A stretch of 62,891 nt of DNA, the filler included, from Octopus bimaculoides (taxonomy: Eukaryota): NCBI RefSeq assembly GCF_001194135.2. It is 5 parts of 5 records of this genome, joined end to end, with 100 filler letters (N's around TTAATTAATTAA, not from the genome) between each part and the next. Parts side by side here need not be neighbours in the genome. Positions count along the whole stretch, not along the records: positions 1 to 13,348 come from NC_069006.1; 4 more parts are not named here. One strand, 5' to 3'. The notes beneath the pieces were generated by a model, which did no database searches, had not been told where the DNA came from, and saw nothing but the letters and a program-made list of their open reading frames with translations. Position numbers and translations under genes: made by a program. Shown here piece by piece: positions 1-11,183 of this stretch (position 1 is the first letter of the stretch; every line of letters starts with the position of its first letter).

Positions 1-311
1 ATATACACGCATGTTTACATGTATGAGTCTTTGGATGAAATAAAATTTGCAACTTCGACAAGTCTTCTGTAGTTTTTCATTCTATTGTATCGTATATATA
101 CATATGCATATTTGCATGTATGAGTGTCTGTATGTAATCAATCACAATTGTAACTTCGACGCAAACATAACACTGCTCGATCAAACGGATAAGGAAATGG
201 AATAGAAGGTTTTTCAAAGTTTTAATCAGAAAAAAGATGAATCAGAAAAATGGTTAGATGAATCTTCTATTTGGTACAATGGTTTATAAACACTGTGTTA
301 CATTAGTTACA

Positions 312-332
312 TTTATTGTTTGTTCTTTTATT
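312..332 (-). terminator. Candidate polyadenylation signals of the P450 (two AATAAA hexamers)
   Basis: TTTATT on the + strand at 312-317 and 327-332, 56-76 nt beyond the stop codon. The region is AT-rich, so chance occurrence is possible. Confidence 0.45.
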
Positions 333-387
333 CATTAATTCACAATATGATTTACAATATGATTTGAAACCGATGTACATTGAGCCT

Positions 388-462
388 TTATCTTCGTTCA
401 AACTTCACCCAAACACCGTTTTTGGCAACCAATAAGAAAGTCTCGTCCAATATAAGAGGGTT
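388..462 (-). CDS. CYP3A-like: P450 terminal coding exon (75 nt): NPLILDETFLLVAKNGVWVKFERR*
   Basis: Acceptor ttttctattacag, phase 0. C-terminal beta-sheet pattern (xGVWVKxxxR) typical of clan-3 P450s; stop TAA. Confidence 0.88.
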   Translation of the reverse strand, partial: NPLILDETFLLVAKNGVWVKFERR

Positions 463-3400
463 CTGTAATAGAAAATTTGAAATAAAATAATTCTTAAAAT
501 AGTCATTAGATATTCAATAAATTACATAAAGTTATCCCTGTACAACCTACAACCTGGTAAGTATCACATGTTCCAGTAGAGGGAATGTGATCAAGTTGAC
601 CATTTGGACAGCAGAGCTTGCTTCAGTGTGGCTATGGATCAGGAGGTACGAGTCCGTCGAGTGAGGAGTGAACAGTGCTTCCAGGTATACTCAATAACCC
701 CAGAAACTATCACAGATGATATATCCAGGATTATATATTTTTTAAATAATCAAGTAGAAAATTCAAAAACTTCAAATGGTTGGAAGAAATTTAAACATAT
801 CCGAAGTCTTTAAGAATTCGCTAACCAATATAAAATACCTTCACCGGTAGACAATGTTGCATGTATTCATGCAACATGCACTTCTCTTGCTAAAACGAAA
901 CTAATAACAACCACAGTTGACATAGAGGTACACATGCATACCAAAGTATCTGGTATTTTTCTCTCGACAGGACAGGACAGGAAAGAATGAATTCATAGTA
1001 GAGGTGTCGTGTACATCAGTCAAGATGTCACATTCTTAATTCTGAAGTCGAACACAAACATGTTTAGTGATACACCAACAATATATTTAATGTCAGATGT
1101 TGTATAGCATATCGTCCACCGGTTCCTCAAGATACGACTACAACCTTCAAGGCAACCGTTGAAAGATAGAAGAGGTTTTAGGCAAACTGGATCAACACAT
1201 ACTGTAGCTTTCTTGGCTGATTTAAACTCAAATCAGGTTATAAAGTGCCTGAAATTTTACCTTAGGAACAAAAACAAGTATTTTTATGTGACCTTTCAAA
1301 TATGTTGTATGTGGAACAATTAATTTCCAACCCACTGGCTGAGAAACTATAGGCCAGCAGATAGCATACAGGCTTTATAAACCATGGATCGTAAGTTCAA
1401 TTCTCTCTGGTGGTCTATAGTTTTCTGAGGTTTCTTTCCCATTTCTATAAGGCGATGTTCCAGTATGGCCACAGTCAATCGACTGAAACCGTATATATAT
1501 ATATATATATATATGCTTCACAAACAATACAGAATTAGTTCATAAAATTAAAGAATCACTAGGGATTTTGTCACAAATAACATTGTGACAAAATTGCACT
1601 TACGCACCCAAAAAGAATCTTGTGTACTGTATCCAAGCTAAAATTTCACAGGGTGAACTAGAAATCGTTTGGAAAAGAATTCCTAAAATACAATTGCCAG
1701 TGTGTCACTTTATGCAAAATAATCTTTTCTATGATAGACACAGGGCCTGAAATCTTACGGGAGGAGACTAGTCGATTACATCGACCCCAGAATTTCAATA
1801 ACGTCACGTAAAAAGAAAAATTTATGGAACAAATTATCAGATGAAAATTAATCAAGTTCTTAAAGAAAAATGACTGCTAATTCACAGTCGGAGGAAGAAG
1901 CTGCCTCACAGGGATATTAAAGCAATAGGTTAAAAGTGAAGGAGCTACAACAATTGCACAACCATTTAAACGTAGATAAGATGTCACAGACTTCATTATC
2001 TCAGCATTGTAGAAAAGGTATGAGTGGCTGTAGAGATTCTTAGGACGCAGATTTCAGGTGGTTTCAGAAAACTTTTTTCAGTAAAAAACATTGAATTTTA
2101 GTGCAGTCACTTAGGACCACTGCTGTGTGTAGTAGCACTTGCAAACATGTCCTTGGTTACAGACGCAGCCGCCCTCACCAGTTCTACGGATGATTCGAAA
2201 GTATTGAAGGCTCCATGTTGTGGCATTGAACCTTATGTAATTGTGAACGAATTTCACAAAATACGAAATATAGCGATATAGACAAAGTTCAGAAAATATA
2301 TGTACATTTATCCTCGTTTATCACATGTGTTTTGTTTTAAAGAACATCGCGTTACAGAAGGCAATGAAAAATGAGTAATAGAACATTTGGGGAAAACAGG
2401 TTTGTTCTGAGATACCAAATTCTCCAGAGCATCATGGACGGTATATGGGGCACGCATTTGCTCTCAAAGCAGAATCTTTTACTGATCGCCAACCCGTGTT
2501 ATCAAAAATCAATTAGGGATAAATGTAACACGGTTCACAATTGATCGCGACGTTTTTTATCCTGGATCAGTGATGAATCAATCAGTGATAAACAGGGATA
2601 GAAGTACGACAGGAACAAACCTGACCCGGGATGTAAACCCGTATCCAAACTCAGATCTTTGAGAGCAAACTATGGCTTTAATATATAAAGGAACGACCAT
2701 CAGAAACACATACCAAAACTGTACCAAGTGGCAATGTTCCATCTCCATGGGAACCGAAATCTTTGAAGGCCCCAGAAGAGGAAAGGAAGAAATCACACGA
2801 CAGGAGAGTAAGGCTCGACAAGATCGACCTCGCCTTCCACCAACATTACCATGCAGTCAATGCCATCGACTCTTCTATCCAAGAATCGGTCTACATAATC
2901 GTCAATGGCATCACCAGAAATGAAGCAGTCACAGTAGAAGAAACTAAATTTTCGGATACGCGATAAAGTCGACGATGACAAAATAAAAATAAGTAATAGA
3001 ATTTCCTCGTCAAACTTTCCCTAATTGAACCAATCAAAAATAAAGCACTTACTTCTGTTTTCTCTGTAGCAAAAATTTTGAAGTTCCGAATCATTTGGAC
3101 AGCTGCTACCTTGAACTCCAGCTTGGCCAGTCTCATTCCAAGACACATTCTTGGCCCTGCACCAAATGGTAAGTAGGTGAACGGCACTTGTTTAGATTTC
3201 GCTTCTTCACTGAATCTGTAAATAAGAATAAACAACACAATTTATTTTCAATCGTATTACTTTCACCTTTTCTAATTGGAGGAGCCAGGTTGAAAACTGT
3301 TTTGCACATTGGTCACCCTGGCTCCTCCAATTAGAAATAAGAAGGACAAACTGGAATGTTTGCGATTAAAACTACGAAAGTGCTACCCAAATATAATCAG

Positions 3401-4070
3401 CGTGCAATGACTAAAACTAATAAAGAAGTAAAACTTATAAAAGTATATTTGTATATATGTTTGTGTATATGTGAATATCCAAACGTATATATATATATAT
3501 ATACGTAAACACACACACACATACACATACAAACATTTATATTAAATAACGAAGGGCGCTGTTTTCAGGGGTCACCTGAGAGAATTGGCTCGAAAAAATA
3601 AATGTGGTTCAGGTATATTTATTAAAGCTAGCAATGGATTAGCAATGGATTAAGCCTAATAACACCTAAGAACAGTAACGATAAGTCTGAGAGGCCTCCA
3701 CCTATGAGGTTTCCGCCTAACATATCACTCAAACAATATCTATTAGACACCTTAAGCATAGAACTACGTTTGACTTTATCAATGAAACAGTCATTAAGAA
3801 TGTTACCTTTCTGGAATAAATTTGTCCGGTTCTGGATAGTATTTTGGGTCATAATGTAGAGCATCCACAGCAACTCTGATAGTCAATTTTTCGGGAATTT
3901 GTACACCTTTTATTGTGCATGCTTTATTGCACTGACGATCCAATCTGAAAGAAATATACAGAAGTGAACAAAATATCACAAACTTTCTCTATATTATTTC
4001 TTAAATTACACTGTACGTACACACAAACACACCATTAAAAACACAATCCCTCTCTTTCTCTCTGTCGCTC

Positions 4071-4131
<61 letters not shown>

Positions 4132-5620
4132 NNNNNNNNNNNNNNNNNNNNNNNNNNNNNNNNNNNNNNNNNNNNNNNNNNNNNNNNNNNNNNNNNNNNN
4201 NNNNNNNNNNNNNNNNNNNNNNNNNNNNNNNNNNNNNNNNNNNNNNNNNNNNNNNNNNNNNNNNNNNNNNNNNNNNNNNNNNNNNNNNNNNNNNNNNNNN
4301 NNNNNNNNNNNNNNNNNNNNNNNNNNNNNNNNNNNNNNNNNNNNNNNNNNNNNNNNNNNNNNNNNNNNNNNNNNNNNNNNNNNNNNNNNNNNNNNNNNNN
4401 NNNNNNNNNNNNNNNNNNNNNNNNNNNNNNNNNNNNNNNNNNNNNNNNNNNNNNNNNNNNNNNNNNNNNNNNNNNNNNNNNNNNNNNNNNNNNNNNNNNN
4501 NNNNNNNNNNNNNNNNNNNNNNNNNNNNNNNNNNNNNNNNNNNNNNNNNNNNNNNNNNNNNNNNNNNNNNNNNNNNNNNNNNNNNNNNNNNNNNNNNNNN
4601 NNNNNNNNNNNNNNNNNNNNNNNNNNNNNNNNNNNNNNNNNNNNNNNNNNNNNNNNNNNNNNNNNNNNNNNNNNNNNNNNNNNNNNNNNNNNNNNNNNNN
4701 NNNNNNNNNNNNNNNNNNNNNNNNNNNNNNNNNNNNNNNNNNNNNNNNNNNNNNNNNNNNNNNNNNNNNNNNNNNNNNNNNNNNNNNNNNNNNNNNNNNN
4801 NNNNNNNNNNNNNNNNNNNNNNNNNNNNNNNNNNNNNNNNNNNNNNNNNNNNNNNNNNNNNNNNNNNNNNNNNNNNNNNNNNNNNNNNNNNNNNNNNNNN
4901 NNNNNNNNNNNNNNNNNNNNNNNNNNNNNNNNNNNNNNNNNNNNNNNNNNNNNNNNNNNNNNNNNNNNNNNNNNNNNNNNNNNNNNNNNNNNNNNNNNNN
5001 NNNNNNNNNNNNNNNNNNNNNNNNNNNNNNNNNNNNNNNNNNNNNNNNNNNNNNNNNNNNNNNNNNNNNNNNNNNNNNNNNNNNNATATATATATATATA
5101 TATATACATGTATATGTATATATATATATGTTTGTGTGTATATATATATTTTATTCTTTTATATTATTTTACTTGATTCAGTAATTTGACTGCGGCCACG
5201 CTGGGGCGCCGCTATTGGTCGGACAAATTGATCCCATGACTTATTCGTTGTATGTCTAGTACGTATTCTATCGATGACTTGTGTCGAACCGCTAGTTACG
5301 GGGACCGAAACACACCAAAATCGGTTGTAAGCGATGATAGGGGACAAACACAGAAACAGAAACATGCATGCATACATGCATACATACATATATATATATA
5401 CATACAATGCATACATGCAAATAATTGCCCTACATCTTCTGGAAACGTAACAGCTCTGCCGTTTGTGATACCCTCAAAGGAAGGAACTTTTCAGCACCTC
5501 TTGGCATGTACATGTATTTATATATATATATATATATATNNNNNNNNNNNNNNNNNNNNNNNNNNNNNNNNNNNNNNNNNNNNNNNNNNNNNNNNNNNNN
5601 NNAGAGAGAGAGAGAGAGAG

Positions 5621-5687
<67 letters not shown>

Positions 5688-8600
5688 CCTATATGTATAT
5701 ACCTAAACTTACACACACGCATATAATACATATGTACTATAACACCCTGACCTTCAGTTTTATAGTCAATTAGAATTTATTTCCTGAGAATGCTCAATTT
5801 TGTAATTATAAGAAAAAATATCAACGTGATGTTGGAGTATGTCATTTTAAAATTTATGTAGCTTGTCCGCTAGCAATTGATGCTCTATTAACAGGATTCT
5901 TATACGATACAACTTCCATACAGATGCACGTACACACATAAACACACGCACACACATATACATACATACATCCCTCTACATATATTTATATACTACTAAG
6001 ACTCTATTTTGGTTGCTATCTTGAGTGCTTGTCTGTAATTTAAGGCAGACAAACCGGCGCATAATGGGAAAATATTCTGAAAGTAAGGAACTCCTGAAAT
6101 GTGACTACAAACGGAATAAAACAAGTTTTGAGTAAATCGGACCACGGATTCCCGATATACACGTTTTTTTGGGGTACCTTCATAAGTAGCCAAAACGGCG
6201 CATAATGGTAAAATACTCCAAAAGTAACATAACCCTGAAAAGGAAGAAACTAACCTTTTGATTAGCAAGAGACATTATGATCAATGTTTTCAGTATTTTG
6301 AAGACAAACTTAACGACCGGAACAAGAATCTCAGAGACGTTAACTTGCCAACGCCAAATAGTATTGTCCCTAATCACGATATTGGCAATTTGGTGTTATT
6401 GCCTGAGTTCTAATGCCACAGAGAAGAGTAGAGACGATTTATAGAAGAGAGGGACTCTCTATTGAATAATGAGCAAAAACATGTGTATGACTTCGTTTAT
6501 CACAGTTTAGAGTGGAACACATCTGCATTAATTTTCATTGACGCTACAGGTGGAACAGGAAAGGCATTCCTGTGATATAATCAATAAAACCTTCAATATG
6601 AACCAGACCTATGATTACACGAACGAAGTGAAATATTTAACTGAATTATCATGAAATTAACTTTCATTTGAATGAATGGTGAAATCAGCTTCAATGTTTT
6701 ATAACCTGAAACGTCAGTGACCCGACGAGTCACGGGTNNNNNNNNNNNNNNNNNNNNNNNNNNNNNNNNNNNNNNNNNNNNNNNNNNNNNNNNNNNNNNN
6801 NNNNNNNNNNNNNNNNNNNNNNNNNNNNNTATATATATATATATATTTCGTATGTGTATTTCGTGTGCAAGATTCTTGATGTGGATACGTGTGTTGAAAA
6901 AAATACAATTAAACCTTGGGAGAGGCATTATGCCGGTAATAAACACACGCACTGGTTCAGTCCTTTATTAATTTATAAAGAGTATATAGTTTTTTTGTTA
7001 AATCATTTCATTGCACTCTTGCAATCTCTTCAGTAACTTGTCTCTCCACTTCCATTTATTTTGAATGTATGATTTGGCGTTGTTTTGAAACTGTTCGGTA
7101 TGAGCATGTGAGTGTGTGCAAGCTCGTATGTGTGCACGCTCGTATGTGTTCGTGCTTATATGTAAGTATGTGCGTCCATATGTGTGTTTGTAACAATTTC
7201 GCTTATATCAGATAAGATATATATATATGTATATATGATGTATATATATATGTATATCTTTATATATATATACATAAAGATCCTGACGGAGTTAATAAAA
7301 GGGAGTAAACCTAAGTTTTGGTGAAGAGGGAGCTAACTCTGATCATTTTACTATTTAATTATAATTAATTATACTTAGAAAAGGAAATTCTTTTTTACAT
7401 ATTTAATTATACTTAGGAAGTGGAATGTATTACATATTTAATTATACTTAGAGAATGAGTATTTAGTAGCGTGAAGACAAATTGGGGCTACGTTCATATC
7501 TTATGGTTAAAAGGTCATTACTAGCCGTTAGGATTTTGAGGCGTTCAGTTAGACAGACGTCACAACGTCTGTTATTTGGGTTATAAGAATTACCTACTTT
7601 TAGTATGTGCCACTTTAGTTTATATATATTAGTTTAGTATATATATATACATATATATATATACATAGTATATATATGTGTTTGTGTATGTATGTATATA
7701 TATATATTTTTTTATTTATTTATTTATTTATTTATTTATATATATACAAATATATATATACATACATACATTTATAAATACACATGCATGCACTATAGAT
7801 AGATAAATACAGAAAGTACAGATAAATGGCGGTGCCCCAGCATGGCCACAGCTCATGAGCTGAAACTACATAAAATGAAAATAAAATGAAAAATATGCGG
7901 GAAGTGTGCACTTAAGAGAACAAATGGCAAAGTAACGTACGCAGTTCCAATCGGGTACATCCTAAGTGTTTCATCCATGCACATGTCGAGATAAGGTAAC
8001 TTCTGAACATTGTCGTAATCGGGAAGATCCTGGAACACAAAAGTATAAGTTACTCTCCGAGGCACAAGTCCGGGCAAGTTTGTTTATGGAAGACCAGCAG
8101 TCGCCCATGCATACCAGTCTCTTCTCTCCACGCCATTATGTATTCCTATGGTAAAGCTCTCCTCTGTCATCAATGACCATGTGAGCAAGATACATTATTA
8201 TCCCTTCCTCCAGTTTACTCATACGAAAATCGGTAGCAAGAGAAGACAGAAGCAGCTTTCATTCTCCCTGACAGTTACTGTATGTGCTGTTGGGTCAAAG
8301 AGTGAGGAAATGGAAAGGATGTCTGTATCTGCACGTGATGGCATAGTCAACTAAAATAATTAGCGAAAGTATACTACTTTGCCACGGCACATTCGTTCGC
8401 GGGTGGTGACCATATCTCATTAATCTGTCTATCTACCTACCTATATATATATATATATATATATAATTAAGGGATCAGCAAATATTTGCTTCACCATATA
8501 CCGAAGTTCAGAAATAGCAGCTAAAAAGCTGAGAATCTCACAGATAGCATCACTTGATGCTATCTGTGAGATTCTCAGCTTTTTAGCTGCNNNNNNNNNN

Positions 8601-9586
8601 NNNNNNNNNNNNNNNNNNNNNNNNNNNNNNNNNNNNNNNNNNNNNNNNNNNNNNNNNNNNNNNNNNNNNNNNNNNNNNNNNNNNNNNNNNNNNNNNNNNN
8701 NNNNNNNNNNNNNNNNNNNNNNNNNNNNNNNNNNNNNNNNNNNNNNNNNNNNNNNNNNNNNNNNNNNNNNNNNNNNNNNNNNNNNNNNNNNNNNNNNNNN
8801 NNNNNNNNNNNNNNNNNNNNNNNNNNNNNNNNNNNNNNNNNNNNNNNNNNNNNNNNNNNNNNNNNNNNNNNNNNNNNNNNNNNNNNNNNNNNNNNNNNNN
8901 NNNNNNNNNNNNNNNNNNNNNNNNNNNNNNNNNNNNNNNNNNNNNNNNNNNNNNNNNNNNNNNNNNNNNNNNNNNNNNNNNNNNNNNNNNNNNNNNNNNN
9001 NNNNNNNNNNNNNNNNNNNNNNNNNNNNNNNNNNNNNNNNNNNNNNNNNNNNNNNNNNNNNNNNNNNNNNNNNNNNNNNNNNNNNNNNNNNNNNNNNNNN
9101 NNNNNNNNNNNNNNNNNNNNNNNNNNNNNNNNNNNNNNNNNNNNNNNNNNNNNNNNNNNNNNNNNNNNNNNNNNNNNNNNNNNNNNNNNNNNNNNNNNNN
9201 NNNNNNNNNNNNNNNNNNNNNNNNNNNNNNNNNNNNNNNNNNNNNNNNNNNNNNNNNNNNNNNNNNNNNNNNNNNNNNNNNNNNNAATTTTTTTAATTTT
9301 TTTGAATATTCTAATTTTTTTTAAATTAATATTTTTATGATGAATGTTTCTTTATATGATATATTTTTTAAATTTAAAATTTAAAGGTGCCATACAGTGG
9401 AACTGACCTCGAAACCTACGTGGTCACAAAGCGAACTTGTTAATCACACAGCCGTGCGTGCACCTTTATATTTGTTTCAGTTATTAAACTGCGGCCATGA
9501 TGGGGCATCACCTTGAAGAATTTTTAGCCGAGTGTATCAACCCCAGTACTTGTTTTTTAAAGCCTGCTATTTGTTCGATCGAGAAC

Positions 9587-9622
<36 letters not shown>

Positions 9623-10988
9623 GATGGGATTTTGTCCACCATGTCTACTCATGAGGTTTTGATCGACTCGAGGCAATAGTAGAAGGCATTTGCCCAAGGT
9701 GCCACGAAATGCGGCTGAACCCGGAACCATGTGATTGCGAAGTTCATCCATGCACAGCTGGACTCGTGAATTTAATTAAATACGTTTACTGTAGCCATTC
9801 AAAATAAAATACAAGGACACCATATTTCTCTAAATATCTAATCACAAAAAAATGAAATCAACGAGGAATTTGGTAATATGCTTACGTCTCCCAATACTTC
9901 TACAATCTCTTCATACAATTTTTGCTGTTTTTCAGGGTTAGTTGCCATTGAATGCGTGAAGAATGTGAGAGTAGACGCAGTAGTTTCGTAACCAGCTAAG
10001 AAAATTATAACACATTGAGCCAAGATTTCATCGTCGGTAATTCCTATGAGAAAACAAAACAAGTAATTACTAGTGGTGTTCCGGCCTATTAATTACTTAT
10101 CAACAGTATTTAGAATACGTACAACACTGAATGCTAGCTTCGTCTTTAGAGTTTATAAGTATGTACAATACTCTGTTTTAATCTTCCCAGAGTCATGAGA
10201 GTATGTAAGAACGTATATAAACGTCATCTTTACAACGTACCGGATTTGGGAGATGAAGCTTTAGCATACACACGCACACACACACATACACACACACATA
10301 CACACACAGATACACGCACATAAACACAAACTTATATATGTATATATATACGATAGGCTTCCACATACCAAATTCCCTCAAAAGGCTTTGGTGGGCCAAA
10401 GGTGCCGTGCAATAGAACTGAACTCGAACCATGTCGTTGTTGTGTATAAATCATTTGCTTCTGTAGCATCTACACAACTTGATACCTGATCTCTGATATT
10501 CTCTATTTCCAAATGTACAAATGAACACCACCCGTGTAAGATATTACTGCACAAAGGAAGCCACCCCAGTTTTAGATGGCAAAACAAATTATATATAAGT
10601 TTTATATGCAAAGAAAAGTAATGCATTCATTGAAACGGAAAGTATTGGAAGAAAATTGCAACATTCAAACGCATATTCTCCTTTTACAACATTCAAACGC
10701 ATATTTTCCGAACATATTTAGTGAATGTGAAAACCCTCCCGAAGTCGAGATCGGAGATTTTCACAAAATACAAACATATCGGCCAGTTTCTACTGTAGAA
10801 TGGGAGAAACAACACCCTCTCCGGATTTAGCACGCAGTCTTAAAAACGATGACTTGTCTTCGACGAAGTAACCGCACCAACATATATAATACAGACATAT
10901 AAATGTATATATGTACACATATGTGCGTGTACTTGTACGTGTGTTTATGTCTGTGCATATGCATACATACATACATACGTACATACAT

Positions 10989-11030
<42 letters not shown>

Positions 11031-11118
11031 GCACGCACNNNNNNNNNNNNNNNNNNNNNNNNNNNNNNNNNNNNNNNNNNNNNNNNNNNNNNNNNNNNNN
11101 NNNNNNNNNNNNNNNNNN

Positions 11119-11183
<65 letters not shown>

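Noticed and set aside
855-876. Small hairpins (855-876, about 7552-7572, about 37480-37498)
   Set aside because: Stems of 7-9 bp are expected by chance in AT-rich sequence of this length.
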